Assembly: GCA_000002445.1 (NCBI GenBank)
Contig: CP000068.1
Coordinates: forward strand, 1,248,001-1,312,000
Direction: 5' to 3'
Length of the DNA stretch: 64,000 nucleotides
Source of the DNA: Trypanosoma brucei
Taxonomy: Eukaryota
In this document: one piece after another, positions 1 through 10,045 of the stretch
Numbering within the stretch: the first letter of the stretch is position 1
Layout of the letters: the number at the start of each line of letters is the position of its first letter
Translations under genes and position numbers: made by a program
The notes under the pieces: model-generated
What the model saw: only the letters and a program-made list of their open reading frames with translations
Databases searched by the model: none
Told to the model about the DNA's origin: nothing

Positions 1-1784
1 CTGTAATCGGGGATGCCCACCGGGGATCCGGATTCCACGGCACGCCGCTCCAGGAAACTGCACTTCGTGTTTACAGTAAAGCATTCCCACAACTGGTGCA
101 CAAGGGTGCGGTCAACCCCAACCGCGACACCCGGTAGAACGACGCGAAGTAATGCATCAGCCGCCTCTGCAATGGACTCAGCGCTAAGAGAGACACTGTC
201 GTTGTGGGACATGGAGTCTCTTACCGTAAAAACGTTAGGATTTGCATACGTTGTGTTGTAGCGTGTCAGCGTTAAGAAAGTTTTTTTCACTATCGTTGAT
301 TTACCCAGAAGGTCGAGAACTGTCGTGATGGGTGAGTACGGCAATTGGCGGGTTGCTGCGCGGGAAACAGAAGCCTTTTCGAGCGCCGCTTCTGCCTCCG
401 CTTGTGCAGTGACTTGACTACGTGATGCAGCAGACGCTCTGCTGTCTACATGGTAAAACAGTGGGGACCCGTCTGTTGCCACTTGGTCGAATGAAACAAA
501 CGTGTCCACAGAGTCAAAGTCTACGGTTGTGAAGTTCAGGTTACCTCCGTATGCTACTGAACATGACTTCAGGCCCTTATACGCGCATGCCAGCTGCATA
601 GCGTCGGATACGAAACGTGAGCTGCCAATGCTCCCAACGTGTTCACCAGGGAAGAAAAATGCATACACATCACGCGAAGGGGCTTTGATGCCGTCCAAAA
701 CCCGCTTCAGCACGTCCATTACTGCCAACGCTGCGACAATACCGCTGGCAGGGCAGTCAGCACCAGGCGTCGTGCCATGCACGAGCGACACCGCTGTTGA
801 CGCCACCATGATAGCAATAGCGCCCTTCCGCGTTTTCTTCACAAACGATGGCTTCCTTGTGTTGCCGCCGCTCCACTCCCATTTTGTGTCTGCATTACTT
901 GCCCACACAGTCCAACCACCTAATGGACTGCACCTCGGCAACGAGGCGCCATTCAAACAATCAGTTAAGGCTGAAATGGACGTCATGTGTGGAGCCAACT
1001 CCCCTCCACTCCGTGTTTCTACAACGTTGTATGGATGCGGTGTCTTCACCCACCGCTGGCGGTTAAACGTGGCGGCCTCCACAAGGGCTGCCCACTCGCC
1101 CCTGTCGGAAGCGCTCCTTCTCTCCACAGATGGGGAATTGCTGGCGATATAGAGCACTTCAAAGTCGTAGGAACTCCTCACAACGTGTGGTATCAACAGT
1201 GGATCCCCGCTTCCGCAGGAAGTATTACACGAGGATGAACATTGTTGAGTATCATCGGAGTAGAGTACCGCAGTGATGTTCAGTAAGCGATTCCTTTCGG
1301 TGAGCTGCAATGTGTTGTATTGTTTGGCGGCATCGAGGAGACACTTTATGTCACATTCACTCCTAACCTTTCCCTCTCCCAGAGCCACGATACCGAAACC
1401 TTTTACTCCAGATTCAAGTGGGGGCTTCATTGCACCGAGCAGCGAAACGAGCATGGTGGGCCTACACTCAGCCAATTTCAACTGTTCCAGTTCATCTGCT
1501 TTAAGAAGGAGTAGTGAATGGGCACCCTCTCTCCCACCTCCACCTGCACAACCCCAATACTCCCCCATTATACCACCTCTCGACGCTTCAGTTGGTGTTA
1601 TGACATCCCTGAGGATGCAGTGACCCGCAGTATCATAATTTCTGAAGTAAGCACGGTACGCCATGTCGTATGGCTGTTGCGGAACATCTCTAGAGAAGCT
1701 CTGCGTTGCGACGGCGGCAGGAATCTGTGAGAACAACAACAGCAGCACTGCTACTGCAAGAAAGTGATCAACACCTTGTAACAT
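1..1784 (-). CDS. Nicastrin-like / M28-peptidase-like membrane glycoprotein. The N-terminal ~594 aa lie in the window; the 3' end of the gene lies beyond the left edge.
   Basis: Stop-free minus-strand reading frame from ATG at 1782-1784 (MLQGVDHFLAVAVLLLLFSQIPAAVA..., a signal-peptide-like N-terminus) to the window edge. It was not listed in the ORF track, presumably because it is open-ended. Motif FFPGEHVGSIGSSRFVSD at ~aa 340 resembles the nicastrin DYIGS region (AFGGESFDYIGSSRMVYD) at the equivalent position. Confidence 0.45.
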   Translation of the reverse strand, partial: MLQGVDHFLAVAVLLLLFSQIPAAVATQSFSRDVPQQPYDMAYRAYFRNYDTAGHCILRDVITPTEASRGGIMGEYWGCAGGGGREGAHSLLLLKADELEQLKLAECRPTMLVSLLGAMKPPLESGVKGFGIVALGEGKVRSECDIKCLLDAAKQYNTLQLTERNRLLNITAVLYSDDTQQCSSSCNTSCGSGDPLLIPHVVRSSYDFEVLYIASNSPSVERRSASDRGEWAALVEAATFNRQRWVKTPHPYNVVETRSGGELAPHMTSISALTDCLNGASLPRCSPLGGWTVWASNADTKWEWSGGNTRKPSFVKKTRKGAIAIMVASTAVSLVHGTTPGADCPASGIVAALAVMDVLKRVLDGIKAPSRDVYAFFFPGEHVGSIGSSRFVSDAMQLACAYKGLKSCSVAYGGNLNFTTVDFDSVDTFVSFDQVATDGSPLFYHVDSRASAASRSQVTAQAEAEAALEKASVSRAATRQLPYSPITTVLDLLGKSTIVKKTFLTLTRYNTTYANPNVFTVRDSMSHNDSVSLSAESIAEAADALLRVVLPGVAVGVDRTLVHQLWECFTVNTKCSFLERRAVESGSPVGIPDY

Positions 1785-1864
1785 CAATATTCTGAACTAA
1801 AACAGGAAGCGTTCCTTTCCACCTTGAAGTTAATGTCTGCAAATGTAAGAGAGGTGGTGGTAAA

Positions 1865-1893
1865 ATATACATATACATATATATATATATTAT
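1865..1893. repeat. (TA)n/(TACA)n microsatellite in the intergenic region upstream of the nicastrin-like gene.
   Basis: atatacatatacatatatatatatatattat. Confidence 0.9.
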
Positions 1894-2137
1894 AATAATG
1901 CCCAAGCAAAGTGCTTTGACCGAAGAGATAATGTGTGAGCTGGAGGTTACACCTTTTGTATTACTCAAATGCAGTAAAAGTTGTAGTGATTACAGACTGG
2001 AGTGGGGACTGCAGCACATAGCTTGTGGCTCCTAATCAGTAACAAAACAAGAGAAAACATCAATACATCATTCCCCCAGGTGACTGACGCGGGATTCCCA
2101 CCCTATCAGGAAAATTTATTTCGACTCGCTCTTCATT

Positions 2138-3964
2138 CTAAGCGTCCTGCGACGGACGGAAAGGAGTCCTCATAGAGGCGTGTGATGCGAGGGAAACAGC
2201 CCGGTTTCCACCAGTCCCTTCAACCACGTTTGGCGCCCCGCAGCACTGGTTTCCAACTAGTGGCGGTAGAGGTTGCGGTGGTCCTCTGTATCCTGCGCAC
2301 TCAGGGTCGAAACATTTCTGAACCCACATCCCGCAATGAAGATCAACACTTATGTAAACGTTGTTGGATCGGTGCTGGCGCCCAATGTTGCCGCAGTAGC
2401 GGGACCCCTTCAACATGAATAGTAGGTAACGGTCGCCACAGCGGCGAATGGAGCTCACACCGCACTCAACGCCACCCGCAGAACTCCACTGTTCGCCAAT
2501 GTATTTGGCGAGTGCACTGTACCTCTCGGCCTCTTCAAGAGGCAGTTGCTTACTCAACAAATTGCCTCCCTTAGTAGAAGCATTTGGTGTACCACTGACA
2601 CTACGTGGCGGTGACACGTCAGGTACAGTAACAACTCGTTGGGTCCCATGTGGCAAAGTAATGAGCGATGCAAAGAATAGCGAAACCGCATCCGTCATCC
2701 GCTCTGTTGTCTTCTCCAAAGCGAGAATGCTTGTCTTATGAAGCTTGCAGCTCCCAAGGCACCGCATTGTACGGTTCCGACTGTATACAGCCGAATCAAT
2801 AACGCACCTCAGGGGCAAAAAGGGCAGGTTGGGTGCGTCCTCCGAGGGAAGCACAGGGAAATGCTTCGGCACGTCATGGTAAAACAAAGCTGTGTGAAGT
2901 TGTACATCACTTTCCACCCGCTCATACAGGTAGTCGATGAACTGCGAAACAAGTCGTCCAACATCTCCGTTGCTCCCAAACCAGTGTCCATCAAACTTCA
3001 CAACATAGTGCTGTGAGAACTTTGCACTACCTTTGCCATCGTATTGGTGTTGCTGAACCGATCGCATAACTAATACGCTTACGCCCAAACCAAGCGGCCA
3101 CTCTTCAAAGAATGTATCGTGTTCACTAGGGGTAGTGGGGCACCCGGAAACGTCCCTTTTAAGCTGCAGATGATCCTGCTTGAGACCCGACAGTAGCTCA
3201 GGATATACCTCACGAAGAAACGTATAAAGTTCCCTCAGCAATAGTGTGGTGGTCTTACTGTTGTCAGCTCGAATCCTACAATTCCACGGGCAGCAGCGAG
3301 GGGGCCTCCAGAGAGCTGTTTCCAGCGCTGAAGCGTATGTTGTACTTTCACATTCATATACGTCGGCCACGCATTTGTTCGAATCGTTATCGCCGCACGA
3401 GCTGTCGCTGTCACTGTCTACAACATGCACAACGGGGCGCCAAGCTGAGTAATCCCTCTCCCGCTCAACATCCAAATACATGTGGCATGCCGCTTTTTCT
3501 CGTATTACTTCATAGAGGTGCTGTTGTAGCGGCTCGATGTCTTCAACTATTTGCGCTAACCCTTCAACAGTGGCAGCCAGAAACATCCGCGACTGGCCCG
3601 AGAGCGGCGTTTCACCGTAAAGTATTGAATAATCTTCACGAAGTGCAAGTTTGGGTCGTCCTGCGTTGGAGTACTCCATCTTTACATCCCCATCACTGGA
3701 ACGCTTGCGAAACAACCGCCCCGCAGCACTCGCCGAACTGGAAGGTGCGGAACGAATACTGCGCGAGGCGAGAATGTGGACGGCCTCCTCTTCTGATGGA
3801 AACTCCACGCTGAAGGGCAGCCATCGCTGGCCTCCCTCGATGTCGAGCTTGTCCTCACCATTATTCCTCGAGTCAATGAAATCAAAAAGTTGTTGCTGCG
3901 TTGGAAAGAGGCGGCACTTCTCACTATCAAAGTGCTCCGTGAACGTTGCCCTACACCAGAGCAT
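2138..3964 (-). CDS. PrimPol-like primase-polymerase: archaeo-eukaryotic primase fold plus UL52-type zinc finger.
   Basis: 608-aa ORF. DxE-type motif (CHMYLDVERERD). C-terminal CHCC zinc-finger region YCGNIGRQHRSNNVYISVDLHCGMWVQKCFDPECAGYRG, matching the conserved NIGR.H.SNN...QKC.DP.C signature of PrimPol/UL52. Trypanosomes are known to encode PrimPol-like proteins (PPL1/PPL2). Confidence 0.6.
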   Translation of the reverse strand: MLWCRATFTEHFDSEKCRLFPTQQQLFDFIDSRNNGEDKLDIEGGQRWLPFSVEFPSEEEAVHILASRSIRSAPSSSASAAGRLFRKRSSDGDVKMEYSNAGRPKLALREDYSILYGETPLSGQSRMFLAATVEGLAQIVEDIEPLQQHLYEVIREKAACHMYLDVERERDYSAWRPVVHVVDSDSDSSCGDNDSNKCVADVYECESTTYASALETALWRPPRCCPWNCRIRADNSKTTTLLLRELYTFLREVYPELLSGLKQDHLQLKRDVSGCPTTPSEHDTFFEEWPLGLGVSVLVMRSVQQHQYDGKGSAKFSQHYVVKFDGHWFGSNGDVGRLVSQFIDYLYERVESDVQLHTALFYHDVPKHFPVLPSEDAPNLPFLPLRCVIDSAVYSRNRTMRCLGSCKLHKTSILALEKTTERMTDAVSLFFASLITLPHGTQRVVTVPDVSPPRSVSGTPNASTKGGNLLSKQLPLEEAERYSALAKYIGEQWSSAGGVECGVSSIRRCGDRYLLFMLKGSRYCGNIGRQHRSNNVYISVDLHCGMWVQKCFDPECAGYRGPPQPLPPLVGNQCCGAPNVVEGTGGNRAVSLASHASMRTPFRPSQDA

Positions 3965-4261
3965 CTGCCTCTACAGTTTGCGCATTGACTTTACTACAAA
4001 CTTCACTTTTGATATCGGGCCAAGAAGGGTAATGACCATGATACAAACAGTGTGAAAATAAAGCAGGTGACTAAAGCAACAATGATAAAAAGGGTGCAAA
4101 TAAACGTCGAGGGAGCCCAACAACATGCTCACAGAAGTGTTGGAAACAGCCTCACACGCACGATACTTCATACCACGTATGCGATAAAACTAAAACCTCC
4201 CCCCACACACCCCTTGTTTCCTTCTCCCAATCTCCCTGTAGTTTTGTCCTGAGAGGCGGTT

Positions 4262-5890
4262 TCACACATTCGTGTGGGGGCTCTCATCATTATCATCGCT
4301 CTTATTGCCGCTACAACTACGTTCTCTCATGAGTTGTAAATCATGAAGCACAGCACCCAAAAACGCCTTGCACGCCGACTCCCGGGCGCTTGTGTACCGC
4401 CATGAAATTGCCCTTCCAGCCGCACGCCCACCGACAACAAGGGACACTTCGAAAAGTCTTGCGTGCGGTTGGTTGAGCCCGTCAAGATAGCTACTCACTG
4501 GCTCACCATCTGTGGATAGGGGAACACCGTTCCGCATGTCAGACTGTGTATCATAAAAAACAGGGTCACGCACAGGATCCTTGAATTTCAGCCGCGCAAT
4601 TTTCTGCCCGTTCACAGGCTGCTTCTGCCCGTAGGAATCGGCAAAGTAATTGGCCACAGTGGAAAAGTCAACCGAATTACGGGATGCAGCACCGCGCTTG
4701 CACTGTTCCCATTCATCTGACGGTAGCCAACCGCTTCCATCATTTACACCGCCATGATCATCAACACCTGCCGTCTGCAGAAACTTTTTCTCCCGTTCCA
4801 CACGCTGTTTCCACATATCGACGGCATCTAAGCCCCTGGGCCCGGTTGCTATTGATGAGAGAATGTCTTTAACGTTCCCAGAGGTATTTCCCTCATCACC
4901 TCTTTCCACTAACTCGTCAATTGTTAGTGTGTCAGTCGCAGGATTACTTATCCCGAAACCTGAGCAAAGAACCACATCACCGTTAGCGGCACTCCCGTCT
5001 TTTACATGTACATCATCATCATTACAACTCCCGCCACCACCTTGGCCGTTGCTGTTGGAATCGCTACCGACATCGCGAGGGGTGCAGCACCCCGCTGAGA
5101 GACTTCTCGTCCTTGAGACAAACTGCGCCTGCAGTCCTTGAGCGGCGAGAATAGCCTCCGCAACGTTCATTGGTGGAAAATGCTGCAGTGTCCTCAGGAG
5201 AAGTTTAGTGGCAGCATTTGGGAGACCCGTATTAAGCCGGTTGCCATACACATGCAACAGCAGTTCCCGGGTTGCGTCTCGCCCTAAGTGGTGGTGCACG
5301 GCCCCAACGAAGTGCGAGAAAACCCAACCAAGTGGGCTTTGGCCACAACGAAGGGGTGTCATGTGGAATGATGTGCCCAATGTGTCACGACCGCGCAGCC
5401 CCACGTGTTTGGGAGTAAGAAACTCAAGTTTTGCTGTCCCCACCGACTCATTATCCTGATCTCTCGCAAGGTCATTGACGCCGAGGGGAACAGCTAGTTC
5501 GTCGAAATGGAGATCTTTAGCGAAAAGACGAAGTGTAAAGTGATTATGCAACACTGCGTTCAGTTGCTTGCAAGCATTCGCTGTTAGTACTAAACCCGCG
5601 TGCATCGCGTACTGCAGCACCTCTGTGGAAAGGAAATCGTCAATAGCTATGTCGCCCAGCATCGTGAAGTGGTGATTCTCTATCGTAAAATGAGGTGTGA
5701 ACAGTGGCATGAACGCCTGCAGCACAGCACGGTCGCCAAACTGCGCCGCATTATTTTCCACAACATTGCGTAATCCGCACCGCAGAAACAGCTCGCGCAA
5801 TCGATCCACAGGAACTGCCACGCGTCGGGGGGCAAGTAGAAGTCCCCAAAAGCAACAGAACATGCTCCGCGTCCGGCAACACCTTCCCAC
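4262..5890 (-). CDS. Conserved hypothetical protein (542 aa), no domain recognised.
   Basis: Long minus-strand ORF in the same orientation as its neighbours, with non-repetitive amino-acid composition. The C-terminal half is Ser/Gly/Asp-rich. Confidence 0.5.
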   Translation of the reverse strand: MGRCCRTRSMFCCFWGLLLAPRRVAVPVDRLRELFLRCGLRNVVENNAAQFGDRAVLQAFMPLFTPHFTIENHHFTMLGDIAIDDFLSTEVLQYAMHAGLVLTANACKQLNAVLHNHFTLRLFAKDLHFDELAVPLGVNDLARDQDNESVGTAKLEFLTPKHVGLRGRDTLGTSFHMTPLRCGQSPLGWVFSHFVGAVHHHLGRDATRELLLHVYGNRLNTGLPNAATKLLLRTLQHFPPMNVAEAILAAQGLQAQFVSRTRSLSAGCCTPRDVGSDSNSNGQGGGGSCNDDDVHVKDGSAANGDVVLCSGFGISNPATDTLTIDELVERGDEGNTSGNVKDILSSIATGPRGLDAVDMWKQRVEREKKFLQTAGVDDHGGVNDGSGWLPSDEWEQCKRGAASRNSVDFSTVANYFADSYGQKQPVNGQKIARLKFKDPVRDPVFYDTQSDMRNGVPLSTDGEPVSSYLDGLNQPHARLFEVSLVVGGRAAGRAISWRYTSARESACKAFLGAVLHDLQLMRERSCSGNKSDDNDESPHTNV

Positions 5891-6437
5891 TTCACAGACG
5901 CGTAATGAGGGCTAGGGCGTTTGAACCACACATGTAAATTCGACAAAAAAGATGATCGGTAACAAAAAGAAAAAGAGGGACAGTTTTAACTGGCGCGTAG
6001 TTGCGCACACTCGGCATCAAAAGGTGGCTTCACTTCGGTAAGTTACAACGTTAAAAGCACGTCAATGAATAGAGCACGAGGATTGGAACAAACCGGAACA
6101 CTTCATTTTTTTCACTTACTCTCTGCAAACCTTCCCCATTCTATCACTTCAGTGCTCTCAGGATGCCGAACCACCGCGACTCTCGCAACAGTTCAAAATC
6201 ACGCTAAGAAGCAATGACCGCTACCACTGATGTACAAACTCAAGAGAAAAAGGAATGGCCTACTTTTCACATCGGCAGCAAGCGCAAAAGCGCACACCAG
6301 GGCGGAGCATGCCGCAAGAAAGAAAATGAGAGACACAAGCATAACAGACGGTCCCATACAAACAAGGCCAGAGACACGAAAGAAAAAACTCATGAAGAGG
6401 CACCAGCGTTCCAGTGTTGGTGTCGCTGTTGATTTTT

Positions 6438-7163
6438 TTACAAATGAATCACGGCGTCGAATATTTGTTCATCCACACAAGGCATGTCCTCGAGTGATGA
6501 GTCACTAAAATCCACAGAATCTTCGTATTCTTTTAACCACGCGGTAATCTCTGAGCGCCCCTGTACTTCGAGAGGCACAGAAAGCTCTGCAGCTGGCCTC
6601 CTTCGCTCACGTTTGACGGTGTGCGTCGTGGAAGTCGCTGCCGCAGGTGAAGGGGCCACGGATTGTCCTAAATGAGGTAATGCATGTGCGACGGGAGCTG
6701 CACCCGTTTTTTGTTGCTGCAGCTGCTGACACTCGCGCGGATCTATTACCCTCGCCAACAGTGACTCCAGTAAAGAGCTGCGAGGAGTTCCTTGGCTCGG
6801 TTGATACTGTCGTTGCTGCTCCACTATATGGCGCTCAGCCTCCCCCACCATGCTAATGTTGCACTCTTCTTCAAACACACCGCCCGCTAATTTCAATCCA
6901 TGCGTTCGCAAAAAGTCTTCAATCAACAGCAACGCTACACGGCCCTCTAACGGCAACTCTGCCGGCTGCAACACCGTTCCCAAGGCGGAATCGCGTAAAC
7001 AAGGATCCGCTCGTATTACGCCAATGGCAGCTGCTCGCAGCTGCGCCCGCATTTTGCCCATCACACCCGACTCCCGCATGGCAGCCGCGAAGGCCTGTTG
7101 CAACCCTAGTAGAGTTGTGTTGATTTCATTCACATCATCCTCCATGGCATGGCCCTCTTCCAT
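6438..7163 (-). CDS. LisH-motif protein (FOP N-terminal dimerisation-like).
   Basis: 241-aa ORF. Segment RVALLLIEDFLRTHGLKLAGGVFEEE fits the LisH consensus (L..LI..YL...G...T...F..E). This family is typically centrosome/basal-body associated. Confidence 0.45.
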   Translation of the reverse strand: MEEGHAMEDDVNEINTTLLGLQQAFAAAMRESGVMGKMRAQLRAAAIGVIRADPCLRDSALGTVLQPAELPLEGRVALLLIEDFLRTHGLKLAGGVFEEECNISMVGEAERHIVEQQRQYQPSQGTPRSSLLESLLARVIDPRECQQLQQQKTGAAPVAHALPHLGQSVAPSPAAATSTTHTVKRERRRPAAELSVPLEVQGRSEITAWLKEYEDSVDFSDSSLEDMPCVDEQIFDAVIHL

Positions 7164-7841
7164 CTGATCAGGCTCCTCTCTTTGGCCTTCTCAACTCTAC
7201 ACTCTCTCTAACGTATGCTAAAGCTGATGCTTAGTCTTTTGTGGCTCAACGTCAACAAGAAACCTTTACGTTGTGAACGTTACCGCACGCGTGGGAGGGA
7301 GCCGGCCGCTCACTGATTTGTCGCAACTCCCCTCTCGCCAGGCGCCTTCAACTGCTGGGTCGCAGAGGCACCTGAGGGCTCCAAAGAGGAAGGCTCCTTA
7401 AAATGCAAAGAGGAAAAGGGGGAAAAAGAGGAAAACACCCACTTTTGAAGAGAGTCGGTAAGAAGGTACAAAACAAAAAAAAAAGAAAAAGGCCACAAAG
7501 ACGGCTGCTAAAACTATACACTTCAAGCATCGATCGTGATCACCAATTAATCTCGGAAGAATGCACAACACACTTGTGGCAACCGCGACACATAAATAAC
7601 TGCTCCTAAACACCATGTCGGGTATGAACAGTGCATCGCCTCCGCTCTACAATCAGCAACAGACCCCGCATAACGTTAAATTACCCGGTTAATTGCATAC
7701 ATTTGTGTACTTGTGTACGACAAACGGCGGTGTTAACACCTTCAGAACAGTCCTGTACAATTAGTCGATCCTTACGTCGAACGAATGGAGAGACATCCTC
7801 ACAGAGACGAATACGGACAGCGAGTCCCTTCATCCACGCCG

Positions 7842-9284
7842 TTAAAGGCTCAGTTTGAAAAAGCGAACGGTGCCATCGTCGCTGGTTGAAGCAACTACAC
7901 CGCTACTTTCAACTATCGCAAAACTTAATACCATTCGTCGGTGCCCCATAAGTCGGACGAGTGGTTCCTGCTGCTGAGACCTTCCATCCCACACCTTAAT
8001 CTCTCCATCGCTACAACCAGCAACAACAAAATAACCACTTGCCCAAGCAGCAGGAATAACGCTCTCCCCAACCTGAAACACTGTACGCAGTTTGAGGTCC
8101 GCGGCACTCCACACCGCTACACGGCAATCGCATGACGCTGAAAGAAGAAGCTGCGGCGGGGTCGTGTGACTTCCACGGCTACCAACGTTCACGTGTAGAC
8201 TTTCAATGGCTTGGGTGTGCACCTCCGGAAGGGAGGTCACCACGCGGCCGCTGTTGAGCGAAATAACGTGTAGCGTCCCGTCCGCGCAGCCCACCACACA
8301 CCGGTCATCGTAGTCACCCAACGGGGCTTCGCCACTGCTGTCACCTAAACAGCAGAGAGTTGTGACCGACGCCCTGTCAGCACTCAGACCTTTCGCAATG
8401 TGAAACTCCTGCTGCCCAGTTCGCGGCGCAAAAACCACAACGGCACCATCACTGGCACCTGCAACGAGGCGCTTGCGGCACGGCGTCCACGCTGTGCACG
8501 TTATGCCCCCGCCGTGGCCCGCGAAGTACATCGCAAGTGTTCCCTTTGATACGTTCCACATTGCCGCTTGTCCGTCGTCCGCCCCAGCCACGAGAACAAG
8601 ACCTGAGGGATGCCACAGGAGCGTGAGCAACTCACCACTTAAGTCACGCAGTGCGTGCCGCAGTTTCCAGGTTACTGTACACCATATGGCAACGACGCCA
8701 TCGAGACCTCCACTTGCGAGTGTTGTGCCATCCGGCGAGAAGGCCAAAATACTAATCGTATCGGCGTGAGCCTCCCGCAGTACAGCGAGGTTGTGCACCG
8801 AGCGGCTCTCTTCATCCAGCTTAAGTACGTACACCTCGTCACTCTGGCCACCTGCTACAAATAATCCAGAATCAGCGGGGTGTACAGCAACAGCATGCAC
8901 GGGAGAGGCATCACGCGCGGTAAAGAAGCACAATGCGTCATCACGCTCCGGCTCGCAGTCAGGCACCTCGTTAAGATCCTCAACATCGGCATCATCCTCT
9001 TCACCATCAGTACCCGCCCCATTTCCAACGCCATCGTCATCGTAGTTATCCTCTTCTCCGTTATTGAGGTCCGTTTCCGCCATGCGCTTCCGACTTCCAT
9101 GTGCAGGAACGTTGTAGGCTACGTTGTCGTCATCTTCTTCAATCTCTGCCATATTATCTTCATCAACGATCTCATTGTTTGGGTCGTCAAGGTCAATAAA
9201 GGCATCTTGTGCCATTTCAGGGTCAACAATGCCGTCCCTCATGGTTTGTTCCGGTAAGTTACCAGCCGTCAGGGGCCTCTGCAT
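7842..9284 (-). CDS. WD40-repeat protein with acidic N-terminal region (AAMP-like).
   Basis: The ORF track gives 7842..9527. The 5' 81 codons are hydrophobic, low-complexity junk from a T-rich UTR, so the probable start is MQRPLTAGN at 9284 (alternatively MRDGIV further in). Multiple WD-like repeats (GH...WD-type blades: LASGGLDGVVAIW, LVAGADDGQAAMW, LVAGASDGAVVVF, GCSDGEIKVWD, STSDDGTVRFF). A D/E-rich N-terminus precedes the propeller, as in AAMP. Confidence 0.65.
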   Translation of the reverse strand: MQRPLTAGNLPEQTMRDGIVDPEMAQDAFIDLDDPNNEIVDEDNMAEIEEDDDNVAYNVPAHGSRKRMAETDLNNGEEDNYDDDGVGNGAGTDGEEDDADVEDLNEVPDCEPERDDALCFFTARDASPVHAVAVHPADSGLFVAGGQSDEVYVLKLDEESRSVHNLAVLREAHADTISILAFSPDGTTLASGGLDGVVAIWCTVTWKLRHALRDLSGELLTLLWHPSGLVLVAGADDGQAAMWNVSKGTLAMYFAGHGGGITCTAWTPCRKRLVAGASDGAVVVFAPRTGQQEFHIAKGLSADRASVTTLCCLGDSSGEAPLGDYDDRCVVGCADGTLHVISLNSGRVVTSLPEVHTQAIESLHVNVGSRGSHTTPPQLLLSASCDCRVAVWSAADLKLRTVFQVGESVIPAAWASGYFVVAGCSDGEIKVWDGRSQQQEPLVRLMGHRRMVLSFAIVESSGVVASTSDDGTVRFFKLSL

Positions 9285-10045
9285 TTTTAGTTGCTGCAAC
9301 GAAAGTTTTTCTCCCCAGAACAAACAATTTTCTTTCTTTGTAGCGAGAAGAAAAAGAATGGAAAAAAATACGGGTAGAAAAGTCATACGTGCATATGAAT
9401 AGGTTAAAACGTATATACGCACACGCACGTTGAGGGCAAAACATACAACCAAAACTTGTAAAGATACATGAACACTCCTGTACGTAAGGTGTGAATTAGA
9501 TGGCTCGCGTACAAGCAGCGAACACACGCATCTACGTATCCAGTGGGAAGGCAGGTACTACCCCACTTCCGTGCGCATATATTTGTAGTCAAACAAATAA
9601 ACATATATATTTATATATTCATGCTTGCTGCACCTCGCAGTGGGAGATTCAGACACCAACATGCACTTGTATCTCCCTTGTGTATAAAAACATGACCATG
9701 GAGAGTCAAAAGAAGCTCAGAGCACGGCTTCATACGATACACCACCATTAACCCACGTGGTCAACGGCCTGTCCATCAAGGACAAACAACAACAATAATA
9801 AAAGGAAACACTGGTATCAATCTTACAAACGTATAATCGAAGAAGCAAACGGGTAGGAGAATGGAGAGGTATCCCCCCAATAAACACATATGCAGCAAAG
9901 AAAGAGGAAACAAACTCACGCTCTGACATAAATGGAAACACGCGTAAAATGTAATCGTAAACACACAGACGTTAACAAACAAATACAAACACGCACCTGA
10001 TTGCAATGGCACAGCTTCTTCAGTTTGAAAACAGACACCTGAAGG

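Noticed and set aside
502-1152. 216-aa + strand ORF, with neighbouring + strand ORFs at 1273..1623 and 1518..1730.
   Set aside because: These are antisense to the open-ended nicastrin-like minus-strand frame, which is stop-free over the whole interval and has a signal peptide and a conserved motif.
3373-3385. The sequence gttcgaatc, which resembles a tRNA T-loop box.
   Set aside because: It lies inside the PrimPol-like CDS. No matching D-loop or acceptor stem is nearby. It is a coincidental match.
3244-4055. + strand ORFs of 189 aa and 134 aa overlapping the PrimPol-like gene.
   Set aside because: They are antisense shadow ORFs. The minus-strand frame carries the recognisable zinc finger and DxE motifs.
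6199-6508. Lys/Arg-rich + strand ORFs (64-92 aa) between the hypothetical 542-aa gene and the LisH gene.
   Set aside because: They are translations of a purine-rich spacer that serves as a pyrimidine tract on the transcribed strand. They lie opposite the transcription direction and have low complexity.
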